Assembly (NCBI GenBank): GCA_029565915.1
Contig: JAKQNG010000241.1
Location: 6,356-70,355 of the forward strand
Length of the DNA: 64,000 nucleotides
Origin: Deltaproteobacteria bacterium
Lineage (GTDB): Bacteria; Myxococcota_A; Polyangia; JAAYKL01
Reading direction: 5' to 3'
Part shown: positions 9,865-18,455 of the stretch, piece after piece
How positions within the stretch are numbered: position 1 is the stretch's first letter
Layout: every line of letters begins with the position of its first letter
Translations under genes and position numbers: made by a program
Notes under the pieces: model-generated
The model's database searches: none
Told to the model about the DNA's origin: nothing
The model's input: only the letters and a program-made list of their open reading frames with translations

Positions 9865-11427
9865 ATGCGCGGCCCTTCCGATCCGGACAGACCGCAGGCC
9901 GTTATCCGGCATTCGGTCAGCACCCGCGTCGTGATCGGCCTGTCGGCCATCGTGGCACTGTTTTCCGGTCTCGTCACCTACAGCGTCTTTCTGTACCGGA
10001 ACTCCGTGGCCGAGATGGAGCTGATCAACACCACCTACATTCCCCTGGCCCTCGGCACCTCGGAAATCCAGTCGACCCAGATAATCTTCAATACGCTGAC
10101 AGACCGCCTCGCCCAGGAACCCAACCACCCCATGACGCGGGAATGGCTCAACGCGGCCCGCCGCTATCGTCCCGAAACACTGAGCCGTCTCATCTCGCTC
10201 ATCGACCACGCCCTGACGCCGCCCACCGGCATTTCCACCGCCGAACGCACATTCCTTAAAGAACTCCGCAATCGCCTCCGCGACGTCCGCCGTCGCTATC
10301 GCCTGAACGAAAACAAATTTGTCACGCTGTTCACCGAGCTGGACATGGGACGCAAAGGAAACGTGACCGCTGAGCTCGAAGCCCTGAAGCGGTCGGAGCG
10401 CCTGTTGAACCGCGTCCTCGCCGGCATCGGCGACGACATCCGGACCCACATCTTCGAATTGTCGTCCACGGCGGTCCGGGACGGCAACACGGCCACGGCG
10501 GCACTGGCGGGCCTCGGATCTCTTGCCCTCCTGATCGGCGTCCTCATCATCCTGTCCACAAGGCGATTGCTGGCCCCTCTCCGCCAGCTGCAGGAAGCAG
10601 TGTCCAAGGTGGCCGCGGGCAACTTCCGCACCCGCACGGCCATTCACCGGGATGACGAAATCGGTGCCCTCGCGGTCAATTTCGATCACATGACCTCCGC
10701 CCTCCTCGAGCGGGACGAAAAGCTGCGCCTCTCCGAACGTCTGGCCACGGCGGGACGGATCGCCGCCCAGGTCACCCACGAAATCCGCAATCCGCTGACG
10801 TCCCTCGATCTGAACGCGGACCTGCTGCGCGAAGAAATGGAAAAAGCCGCCGTGGGCGATGGCGATGCCCGCCAGCTGCTGCGCGCCATGCAGGACGAAA
10901 TCGAGCGCCTGACCCGCATCACCGAAACCTACCTGCGCTTTGCCCGCCTGCCCGCTCCGGTCTCCGCGCCCGCATCCCTTCACCAGCTCATCGGAGACAA
11001 CCTGGAATTCATGGCCGCGGAGCTGGACAGCGGCCACATCGTTGCCGATCTCGTCCCGGATGCCCGGCCGGACACCGCCGTGTTTGACCGCGAACAGATG
11101 CGACAGGTGATTGTCAACCTGCTGCGCAATGCCATGCAGGCCATGCCGGACGGCGGCCGCATCACCATCCGGACGGGACTGGAAGGGGAACGGATATTCA
11201 TGGCCGTGGAAGACAGCGGTCCGGGCATTCCCGCGGACATGCAGCCCCACGTGTTTGATCCGTTCTTCACCACAAAAAGCACCGGCACCGGGCTGGGCCT
11301 GGCAATGGTGAAACAGATATGCCTGGCCCACGGCGGAGAAATCCGCTACCGCAATGGCGACGACGGAGGGGCCGTCTTCACCGTATTCCTTGAAACGGAT
11401 GGCAATCCACAGGAGACCGCACCATGA
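9865..11427 (+). CDS. Membrane sensor histidine kinase with HAMP domain
   Basis: Two TM segments; HAMP (LLAPLRQLQEAVSKVAAGNFRTR..DEIGALAVNFDHMTSAL); H-box HEIRNPL; N-box NLLRNAMQA; G-boxes EDSGPGI and GTGLGL. Confidence 0.85.
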   Translation: MRGPSDPDRPQAVIRHSVSTRVVIGLSAIVALFSGLVTYSVFLYRNSVAEMELINTTYIPLALGTSEIQSTQIIFNTLTDRLAQEPNHPMTREWLNAARRYRPETLSRLISLIDHALTPPTGISTAERTFLKELRNRLRDVRRRYRLNENKFVTLFTELDMGRKGNVTAELEALKRSERLLNRVLAGIGDDIRTHIFELSSTAVRDGNTATAALAGLGSLALLIGVLIILSTRRLLAPLRQLQEAVSKVAAGNFRTRTAIHRDDEIGALAVNFDHMTSALLERDEKLRLSERLATAGRIAAQVTHEIRNPLTSLDLNADLLREEMEKAAVGDGDARQLLRAMQDEIERLTRITETYLRFARLPAPVSAPASLHQLIGDNLEFMAAELDSGHIVADLVPDARPDTAVFDREQMRQVIVNLLRNAMQAMPDGGRITIRTGLEGERIFMAVEDSGPGIPADMQPHVFDPFFTTKSTGTGLGLAMVKQICLAHGGEIRYRNGDDGGAVFTVFLETDGNPQETAP

Positions 11428-12185
11428 GCCGCATCAGCAACACCGAAGGACGCACGACGATCATCACGCCGCACTATCTCAGACACCCGGAAGGCTCCGT
11501 GCTCATCGAAACCGGCGATACAAAAGTCATCTGCACGGCCTCCGTGGAAAACCGGGTAAAAGACTGGCTGCGGGGCAAGGGAAAGGGCTGGGTGACCGCC
11601 GAATACGCCATGCTGCCCCGGGCGAATGCCACCCGCAACCAGCGGGAAGGCCAGTTCGGAAGGTGGCCCTCCAGCCGCTCCCAGGAAATCCAGCGTCTGA
11701 TCGGGCGGTGTCTGCGGGCCAGTGTCTGGCCCGCGCGCCTCGGCGAAATCACCATTACCGTCGATTGCGATGTCATTCAGGCGGATGGCGGTACCCGCAC
11801 GGCAGCCGTCACTGGCGGCTGGGTTGCCCTGGCCCTGGCACTGGATCGGCTGCAGCGCGAAAACCGGGTGAAGAGCCATCCCATGAAGCGGCACATCGCA
11901 GCCATCAGCGCGGGCATCCGGAACGGCGAATGCCTGCTGGACCTGGACTACGGAGAAGACTCCGCCGCGGACGTGGATTTGAACCTGGCCGGGGACGAAT
12001 CCGGCGCCATCGTGGAAATTCAGGGAACCGGCGAAGGCGACCTGTTTTCGGCCGACGCCCTGAACCGGATGACGACCCTGGCCCTCACGGGGATCGCCGC
12101 CCGCATCGCCGCCCAGCAGGAGGTACTGCGGTCCCTCGACATCGCGCCGGAAACCCTCATCCAGCGACCGGAGACCATCCGTTGA
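11424..12185 (+). CDS. rph: Ribonuclease PH
   Basis: GSVLIETGDTKVICTASVE, GWVTAEYAMLPRA, RSQEIQRLIGR, DCDVIQADGGTRTAAVTGG. The ATG overlaps the kinase stop (ATGA at 11424-11427). Confidence 0.9.
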   Translation: MSRISNTEGRTTIITPHYLRHPEGSVLIETGDTKVICTASVENRVKDWLRGKGKGWVTAEYAMLPRANATRNQREGQFGRWPSSRSQEIQRLIGRCLRASVWPARLGEITITVDCDVIQADGGTRTAAVTGGWVALALALDRLQRENRVKSHPMKRHIAAISAGIRNGECLLDLDYGEDSAADVDLNLAGDESGAIVEIQGTGEGDLFSADALNRMTTLALTGIAARIAAQQEVLRSLDIAPETLIQRPETIR

Positions 12186-12778
12186 CCCGCCTGGTCATCG
12201 CCACGTCCAATCGAGGCAAAATCGCCGAAATCGAAGACCTCGTCTGCGGTATGGGCTTCGCGGTCATCGGGCTGTCCGACCTGCCCGCACGCGTGGACAT
12301 TGTGGAGGATGCGGACAACTTTGAAGGAAACGCCCGCAAAAAAGCCATCGCCGTGGCCCGCGCCGCCGGATGTCCCGCCCTGTCAGATGATTCCGGCCTC
12401 TGCGTCGATGCGCTGGATGGTCGTCCCGGCGTTCATTCAGCCCGCTATGGCGGTCCCGGGCTCACCGACGGCGACAGGAACCGGCGGCTCCTCGAAGAAC
12501 TGACCGGCGTGAACGAGGACCGTCGCACCGCCGCGTTCCACTGCGCCATTGCCTTTTCGCAACCGGACGGCGACATCCGCACCTTCAATGGCATCCTGCG
12601 GGGACGGATTTCGTTTTCACCCCGCGGCGACAGCGGATTCGGGTACGATCCGGTATTCATTCCAAACGGATTTGATTGCACGCTGGCCGAGCTGGGAATG
12701 GACGTGAAACAGCGCATCAGCCACCGGGCCGCAGCCCTGTCGCAGTTTGCGCAATGGATCCGGACCCCGGGAACTTAG
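12182..12778 (+). CDS. rdgB: Non-canonical purine NTP pyrophosphatase (RdgB/HAM1 family)
   Basis: This is the C-terminal 198 codons of track ORF 11354..12778: LVIATSNRGKIAEI, SDDSGLCVDAL.GRPGVHSARY, FGYDPVF, ISHRAAA. The TTG start overlaps the rph stop (TTGA). Confidence 0.85.
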   Translation: MTRLVIATSNRGKIAEIEDLVCGMGFAVIGLSDLPARVDIVEDADNFEGNARKKAIAVARAAGCPALSDDSGLCVDALDGRPGVHSARYGGPGLTDGDRNRRLLEELTGVNEDRRTAAFHCAIAFSQPDGDIRTFNGILRGRISFSPRGDSGFGYDPVFIPNGFDCTLAELGMDVKQRISHRAAALSQFAQWIRTPGT

Positions 12779-13512
12779 TAGACCCATTCCGGCGGGACGC
12801 CGGTGTCCTCGACAATACGGGCCCGGAGGCGATCCGCCTCCCCCACATCGAATCGCTCCACACCGCCCTCGCGCAGCAGCAGGATTCCCGTGGCAAAGCG
12901 CTCCGCATCCAGGAGGGAATGACAGGCCATCAGCACGATGCACCCCTGTTCGTCGCGGATACGGCGCAGAATGCCGTGAAGCATGTACCGGTGGGCCGCG
13001 TCGAGATGGTTGGTCGATTCGTCGAGCAGCACAATGCCCGTGTTCTGGGCCAGCACCATGGCCAGCCGTGCCCGCTGGCGCTCGCCGCCGCTCACGCGCC
13101 CCAGAGGGCGGTCGGACAGAGCGCTGAGGTGGCAGGTATCGAGAGCCCGGTCGACCATCTGCCTGTCTTCGCGCGAAAAATGCCCGAACCGCCCGAGCCA
13201 GGGAGTCCGACCCAGATTGACCAGTTCGCGCACAGTGGTGGACGGATCGAGGGACTCCATCTGGGTGAGCATCGACACGTGCCGGGCCCGTTCCGCGGAA
13301 CGCAGGGAGAGCAGATCAAGGCCGTCAAAGCGCACTGTTCCCGCGAGAGGTGCCGCCAGTCCGGCAATGGTCCGCAGCAGGGTACTCTTGCCCGCTCCGT
13401 TCCGCCCCACCACTGTCATCGCCTCGCCCCGCTCCAGCACCAGCGACGGAACGGATATCACCGGAAGCGCGCCATAACCGCAGGACAACTCCGACAATTG
13501 AAATATCCCCAT
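12775..13512 (-). CDS. ABC transporter ATP-binding protein (FepC/BtuD/FecE type)
   Basis: Walker A GRNGAGKST, signature LSGGERQR, Walker B IVLLDEST, H-loop ACHS. Confidence 0.85.
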   Translation of the reverse strand: MGIFQLSELSCGYGALPVISVPSLVLERGEAMTVVGRNGAGKSTLLRTIAGLAAPLAGTVRFDGLDLLSLRSAERARHVSMLTQMESLDPSTTVRELVNLGRTPWLGRFGHFSREDRQMVDRALDTCHLSALSDRPLGRVSGGERQRARLAMVLAQNTGIVLLDESTNHLDAAHRYMLHGILRRIRDEQGCIVLMACHSLLDAERFATGILLLREGGVERFDVGEADRLRARIVEDTGVPPEWVY

Positions 13513-13515
13513 GGC

Positions 13516-14526
13516 CTAGCTCCGCAGCTCCCGCGCCAGCAGGGCCAGCAGCAGCGGTGTGCCGATCAGCGCGGCCAGGATGCCCACCGGAATCTCTTCC
13601 GGCGCCAGCAGCACCCGGGCCGCCGTATCGCCAATCAGCAGCATCAGTGCGCCGCCGATGGCCGACAGCACAATGGTGTTCCGGAAATCCCGTCCGGCCA
13701 ACAGGCGCACCATGTGGGGCACGAGCAGCCCCACGTAGCCGATCAGCCCGCCCAGGGATACCGCTGTTCCCGCCAGGATGCTGGCCACCCAGGTGGAGCG
13801 ATACAGGACCGCAGTGGCATCCACGCCCACCAGCGCGGCCCCTTCTTCGCCCAGAGTGAACGCGTTGAGGGATGCGGCCTGCAGGCGGGTGTAAATCAGC
13901 CCGAAGCCGATCAATGCCGCGGCCAGTGCCAGATTGTTCCAGCGGAAGTAGCCGATGCCGCCCGCCAGCCAGATGCTGGTCGCCTTCATCCGCAGGGGTT
14001 CGAACTGCATGACCAGAAACGTCATCAGCGCCGCGCAGAACGCATTGATGATGACACCGGCCAGCACGAGGCCCATCACCGACACCTTTCCACCGGTCCC
14101 GCGGGCGAGAAACAGCACGAGGAGGGTAGCTCCCTGGGCGCCGGCAAAGGCGGCCGCCGGCAGAATCCACCAGCCGAACAGATCGGTGAGAAAGGGAAAC
14201 GCATTGACGATGACCAGCGAGAGCCCTGCCCCACCGGAAATGCCCAGCAGAAACGGGTCCGCCAGAGGATTACGCGTGATCCCCTGCAGCAGCAGTCCCG
14301 ACACCGCGAGGGCCGTACCGGCGAGCAGCGCCGCCGCACAACGGGGCAGGCGGAGATGCCGGATCACTTCGGCCATCAGGCCGTCGTTTCCCGACCACAG
14401 GGCAACCGGCCAGCCCGGCTCCGTCAGCATCCGACCGTCCCGGATGCCCACGGCAACCGCAGCATAGGCAGCAGCGGCGAGGATGACCAGGCCGACGACG
14501 ACGAGTATCGCGCTGCGGCGGTTCAC
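13516..14526 (-). CDS. FecCD/BtuC-family ABC permease
   Basis: 336 aa and polytopic. Typical FecCD pattern (RLPR, GxALAVSGxLLQ, NPLADP..LGISGGA..). The GTG start overlaps the upstream stop (GTGA). Confidence 0.85.
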   Translation of the reverse strand: MNRRSAILVVVGLVILAAAAYAAVAVGIRDGRMLTEPGWPVALWSGNDGLMAEVIRHLRLPRCAAALLAGTALAVSGLLLQGITRNPLADPFLLGISGGAGLSLVIVNAFPFLTDLFGWWILPAAAFAGAQGATLLVLFLARGTGGKVSVMGLVLAGVIINAFCAALMTFLVMQFEPLRMKATSIWLAGGIGYFRWNNLALAAALIGFGLIYTRLQAASLNAFTLGEEGAALVGVDATAVLYRSTWVASILAGTAVSLGGLIGYVGLLVPHMVRLLAGRDFRNTIVLSAIGGALMLLIGDTAARVLLAPEEIPVGILAALIGTPLLLALLARELRS

Positions 14527-15446
14527 GGATGGCGGTCCATGCGGTGGAGGGCTGCGGCCAGTTCTTCCAGACCGTCGGCCAGGCGGGGACCTGTCCGGGT
14601 CAGCCGATCCTTGTCGATCCGGTGGATGATCCGCCCCATTTTCACCGCGGGCAGCAGGGAGAAGGCGGGACGTCGGGACAACCGCTCGCGGGCGGCCTGC
14701 GGGTCTCCGGCGATGCCCGCCAGAAGGATGACATCCGGTCGGGCCCGGAGAATTTCTTCCAGGCTCACCTGAGCGAAGGGTCGCTCCAGGGAGGCAAACA
14801 CATTCACCGCGCCGGCAGATTCGATGAGCTCGTTGACAAAGGAACCGGGGCCCGCCGTCCAGGGGCGCGCATCGTCGGCGCCGTCCACCTCCACATAGAC
14901 CCGCAGGGGTGACATTCCCGCTGTCCGCTGCCGCACCGCATCGCGGCGTTCGCGCATGGTCCGGGCCAGCTCTGCCGCCCGATCCGGTCGCCCGCAGAGA
15001 ACGCCCAGCTTCTCAATGTCCGACGCGACCTGATCGTAATTGCGCGGATCGAATATGGCGACCGGAATGTCCAGCACCTCAAAAGCGGCCGCATGGCGGT
15101 CGTCGCTGAAATACAGGATGACCAGATCGGGACGGTAGAGGGCCACCGCATCCACCGATGGATTCACCCCTTCCACGGCGGGCAGACGCACCGCTGCAGC
15201 GGGAAAATCGGACCAGCGATCCCGCACCACGACCCGGTCATCGCAGCCGATGGCGAACAGCGATTCGGTCATGCCCGGCGACAGGGAGGCGATCCGGACG
15301 GCCGGCCGATCAAGTGTTACGGCCCTGCCGAGCCCGTCCACGATTGACACCCGGTTTTTCGATGACGGCACATCCTGCGCCCGGGTCTCCGCACAGCCCG
15401 GCCCCGCCAGGAAAAACAGCAACAGAAGCATGATTACCATCCGCAT
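14523..15446 (-). CDS. Periplasmic substrate-binding protein of a type II (siderophore/heme/cobalamin class) ABC importer
   Basis: Signal peptide MRMVIMLLLLFFLAGPGCAE after internal start ATG 15446. Body resembles the Peripla_BP_2 pattern (RIASLSPGMTESLFAIG, DLVI, ILLAG). Ligand cannot be assigned. Confidence 0.7.
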   Translation of the reverse strand: MRMVIMLLLLFFLAGPGCAETRAQDVPSSKNRVSIVDGLGRAVTLDRPAVRIASLSPGMTESLFAIGCDDRVVVRDRWSDFPAAAVRLPAVEGVNPSVDAVALYRPDLVILYFSDDRHAAAFEVLDIPVAIFDPRNYDQVASDIEKLGVLCGRPDRAAELARTMRERRDAVRQRTAGMSPLRVYVEVDGADDARPWTAGPGSFVNELIESAGAVNVFASLERPFAQVSLEEILRARPDVILLAGIAGDPQAARERLSRRPAFSLLPAVKMGRIIHRIDKDRLTRTGPRLADGLEELAAALHRMDRHP

Positions 15447-15493
15447 CACGGTAGGGGGATAATGCGGCAGAGACCGCGATGTCAACTCCGGGT

Positions 15494-15874
15494 TCACAGG
15501 CTGCCGGGATAATACCGGGCCCTGGACAGATCGTTTTCCCAGACGTCGCAGCATCGGACCCGGACATTCCGGTGCGACGGAAGTCGCGCGGACACCCGGG
15601 TGAACAGCTCGGCCGCCAGGCGCTCTGACGAAGGGCTTTCATCGATGAACGGCGGCACCTCATTCAGGTGGCGATGGTCAAACGACTCCAGCGCCTCCTT
15701 CAGAACGGCATCGAGTTCGCGAAAATCCATGAGCATGCCGGCTTCATCAAGGGCATCTCCGACAATATGAATGCCGACCCGCCAGTTGTGGCCGTGCAGT
15801 CGCTCGCACTTGCCCTTGTAATTCCGCAGCTGATGGGATGCCGCGAAGGTGCATTCCCGATAAATTTCATACAT
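15494..15874 (-). CDS. queD: 6-carboxy-5,6,7,8-tetrahydropterin synthase (QueD / PTPS family)
   Basis: 126 aa: FAASHQL, CERLHGHNW, MLMDFRELD, HRHLNEV. Confidence 0.85.
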   Translation of the reverse strand: MYEIYRECTFAASHQLRNYKGKCERLHGHNWRVGIHIVGDALDEAGMLMDFRELDAVLKEALESFDHRHLNEVPPFIDESPSSERLAAELFTRVSARLPSHRNVRVRCCDVWENDLSRARYYPGSL

Positions 15875-15979
15875 TGCGTCTTCCGATCTTCACAAAAAGA
15901 GACTACTTTTAAGACGAGGGTAAATTCTGCAACGACACGTTAGTCCAATTTATGGAGATTGCAATTCCCGTGTGACCAA

Positions 15980-16600
15980 ATGCTTGATATCGAATACCAG
16001 AAATCGTTGAAAACATTGCGGACCATTGCCGTCCTGATCTCCCTGACTGTTGCCCTTCCCGCCCTGTCGCAGGTGAAGACCGGCATTCTGAACATCACCT
16101 CTGATCCGAGCGGCGCCCTGGTGTACGTCGATGGTAAAATGAAAGGGACAACCCCCATCCTCCTGGAAATTCCCGCCACTGAACACGACGTGGTTCTGGA
16201 GCAACAGGGGTATGACAGCTATCGCGCGCGCATCCGTATCGTGCAGGACAAGGTCTTCCGCACCAACATCGTTCTGAAGAAGCCCGTTCAGGATAAGCCG
16301 AAGATCGAACTCAAGAACGACATTCAGATTCACCAGCCCGCAGAAAACGCGGAACCCGGCACCGTATTCCTCACCACTACACCCGAGCGGCTCACCGCCT
16401 ATGTGGATGGATTCGCCATTGCCAGGCCGACCCCCGTGGCCTTCGACATCCGACCCGGCATTTATGAACTGATGCTCAAAAATGATCGGTCTGAAATCGT
16501 CTATAAGAAAACGATATTTGTTCGTTCCGGGAAAACCCTCTCTCTGGACATCATCATCCAGAAGAAGCGCACCATCGATTATTCGGACCCATGGAAATAG
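15980..16600 (+). CDS. PEGA-domain secreted protein (two PEGA units)
   Basis: Signal peptide, then ILNITSDPSGALVYVDGKMKGTTPILLEIPATEHDVVLEQQGYDSY and a second unit VFLTTTPERLTAYVDGFAIARPTPVAFDIRPGIYELML. Confidence 0.75.
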   Translation: MLDIEYQKSLKTLRTIAVLISLTVALPALSQVKTGILNITSDPSGALVYVDGKMKGTTPILLEIPATEHDVVLEQQGYDSYRARIRIVQDKVFRTNIVLKKPVQDKPKIELKNDIQIHQPAENAEPGTVFLTTTPERLTAYVDGFAIARPTPVAFDIRPGIYELMLKNDRSEIVYKKTIFVRSGKTLSLDIIIQKKRTIDYSDPWK

Positions 16601-16812
16601 GCGCCGGAACCTCCCGTCGGCTCTCGTTTAATCCGCTTGATTCCGCCCGTCAATTGCTGGTAACGTCCTGCGCCGACGCCGGAGAAGTGCGACGGATTGC
16701 CCGAAACTTGAACCGGCCGGTTCATTCCCGTTAAAATTTCTCCAGATCCCGCATGCGGGTTCAAACGTCCTGTGATCAATGGGTTCAGTCAGCATTCACC
16801 CATCCGGAGGTC

Positions 16813-17937
16813 ATGTCAGTGAGCACGTCAGATAAAACAAAGAAAAACGCGGGGGACATGTCCCTTGAGGAGCTCCTCGGCCAGAAAAGCGGCGCGCCCA
16901 CGGACGACTACGACCAGCTCAACGATGACCAGAAACGCAACGAGGCCGGCTCAGGCCTGATCAATCTGGCTGCTATGGTCGAGGCCCAGAACCGGGCCAG
17001 TCGGGTGTCCCATACAGGCCCGGCCCCGGTGGGACAGGCCCCGGTGGCCCGACCCTCCATGGGTGGCATGCCGGTACAGTCGGGATTCGGCGCACCCATG
17101 CCGGAAACTGCCATGGCGGCCCCTGCACCGGCGAAAAAGGCCCCCATCGCCCTCATTGCCATCATTGCCGCAATCATCGTCGGGGGGTCTGTCGCGGCCG
17201 CCATTATCATCACCGGCAAAAAAGATGATCGTCCGGGCAATGCGGAACTGGCGGCCATGGAAGCCCGGCTCAACGCCATGATGGAACAGGCGAAGGCATC
17301 GGGCGACCTGGCAGCCCAGAAGAAGCTGCAGGAACAGATCGATGCCAACCGGGCCGGGGAAGCTGTCAACGAAGAAGAAATCGGCATGGAATTCTCCGAG
17401 GAGGAAGCCGGCGCCGAAGAAGACAAAGCAACCCCCGACCGGCGGCGGCGACGTTCGTCCAGACGCACCGCTTCGACCAGTACGACCGGGTCAAAAACGG
17501 AGACACCCGCCCCCTCGGATACAAAGGCCACCGATACGAAGAGCCTCACGGAAAAACTGGATAAGTCCCTCACGGCAACAAAGACCGACACCACGACTTC
17601 TGGTACGGGCAAGACATCCGAACTCGATACCCTGTTGACCGGCGGAGGCGCCGTCAAAACCGGCGGCCTGCCGGAGCAGCCCACCCGGGACCAGGTGACG
17701 AGCACCATGGCAGACGTCCAGAACAAGGCGCGCGCGACCTGCGGTAAAACGGAGAGCGGCACGGTAATGGTCCGCGTCATTGTCGGCAGCAACGGCGTGG
17801 TCCGGGATGCCGTTCCTCAGGGTGAACATGCCACGGACACTCTGGGCCGCTGCGTCTCCACCATCGCCCGTCGCACCGCGCGATTCCCCGCATTCAGCAA
17901 GCCCACGTTCACCTTTTCCTATCCCATCAAAATCTGA
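16813..17937 (+). CDS. Single-pass membrane protein with charged/low-complexity linker and a two-Cys TonB-C-like tail (AgmX/PglI-type C-terminal domain)
   Basis: ATG 16813 after GGAGG. TM IALIAIIAAIIVGGSVAAAIIITG. C-terminus VQNKARATCGKTESGTVMVRVIVGSNGVVRDAV..LGRCVSTIARRTARFPAFSKPTFTFSYPIKI matches, from memory, the myxobacterial C..G.V.V.F.I...G.V....C......FP.P....V.YPF pattern. Confidence 0.55.
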   Translation: MSVSTSDKTKKNAGDMSLEELLGQKSGAPTDDYDQLNDDQKRNEAGSGLINLAAMVEAQNRASRVSHTGPAPVGQAPVARPSMGGMPVQSGFGAPMPETAMAAPAPAKKAPIALIAIIAAIIVGGSVAAAIIITGKKDDRPGNAELAAMEARLNAMMEQAKASGDLAAQKKLQEQIDANRAGEAVNEEEIGMEFSEEEAGAEEDKATPDRRRRRSSRRTASTSTTGSKTETPAPSDTKATDTKSLTEKLDKSLTATKTDTTTSGTGKTSELDTLLTGGGAVKTGGLPEQPTRDQVTSTMADVQNKARATCGKTESGTVMVRVIVGSNGVVRDAVPQGEHATDTLGRCVSTIARRTARFPAFSKPTFTFSYPIKI

Positions 17938-17976
17938 CGGCCTCCATTTTGAGAATTCCATACAAGGAGACCTGAC

Positions 17977-18447
17977 ATGGACAAATATCCGATGACGCCG
18001 GAAGGCCGGAAAAAACTGGAACTGGAGCTCAAGGAACTGCGGGAAGTGAAGCGCCCGGCCAACGTAAAGGCCATCGAAGAAGCCCGCGCCCACGGCGATC
18101 TGTCCGAAAACGCGGAATACCACGCGGCCAAGGAAGAACAGGGCCTCATCGCAGCGCGGATGAACTATCTTGAAGATCGCATCGCCCGCGCAGAGGTTAT
18201 CGACATCTCCAGACTGTCCGGCGATCGGGTGGTCTTTGGCGCAAAAGTGACCATCGAAAACCCGGAAACCGGCGAGGTGTCCACCTATCGCATCGTGGGC
18301 GATGACGAATCCAGCATCGACGAAGGAACCATCTCCATCAGCTCGCCCATTGCCCGGGCGCTGATCGGAAAGGAAGCGGGCGAAGAAACGGTCATCCGCA
18401 CCCCGTCGGGCGCCCGCACCGTCGAAATCGTTGAAGTGGAATTCTGA
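17977..18447 (+). CDS. greA: Transcription elongation factor GreA
   Basis: MTPEGRKKLELELKEL, HGDLSENAEYHAAKEEQ, ISISSPIARALIGK. AAGGAG precedes the ATG. Confidence 0.92.
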   Translation: MDKYPMTPEGRKKLELELKELREVKRPANVKAIEEARAHGDLSENAEYHAAKEEQGLIAARMNYLEDRIARAEVIDISRLSGDRVVFGAKVTIENPETGEVSTYRIVGDDESSIDEGTISISSPIARALIGKEAGEETVIRTPSGARTVEIVEVEF

Positions 18448-18455
18448 TTCGGGCC

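Noticed and set aside
9388-11331. 647-aa minus-strand ORF, plus similar long ORFs at 12676..14772 (+), 18285..20111 (-), 39188..40573 / 40105..41658 / 41423..43870 (+), 46086..47315 (+), 54542..56002 (+), 61590..62915 (-) and 62934..63998 (-)
   Set aside because: Each lies antisense to, or out of frame with, a gene that has clear family motifs (kinase, BtuCD, RecG, giant TPR, RluA, MBL, thiolase, VWA). Their translations are Arg/Gly/Pro/His-rich with no motif. Long stop-free shadow frames are expected in GC-rich DNA.
11354-12778. 474-aa plus-strand ORF spanning rph
   Set aside because: Its first ~276 codons overlap rph out of frame and translate to Arg/Pro/Gly low complexity. Only the last 198 codons (from TTG 12182) show RdgB/HAM1 motifs.
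15447-15493. Cobalamin riboswitch upstream of the binding-protein gene
   Set aside because: Only ~47 nt separate the queD stop from the start codon, which is far too short for a ~200-nt B12 element. No B12-box-like sequence was seen.
15875-15958. Possible preQ1 riboswitch in the queD leader (CCCUCGUCUUAAAAGUAGUC on the minus-strand RNA)
   Set aside because: I could not fold a convincing P1 stem or pseudoknot, and the A-rich tail deviates from the preQ1-I consensus as I recall it. This needs an Rfam/Infernal scan, so it is not reported as a feature.
16601-16812. 212-nt intergenic region containing the palindrome cccgcatgcggg (16748-59) and a GGGTTCAAAC string reminiscent of a tRNA T-loop
   Set aside because: No complementary T-stem, acceptor stem or anticodon arm could be built. 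It is most simply a 5' leader or promoter region. The palindrome alone is not enough to call an RNA gene.
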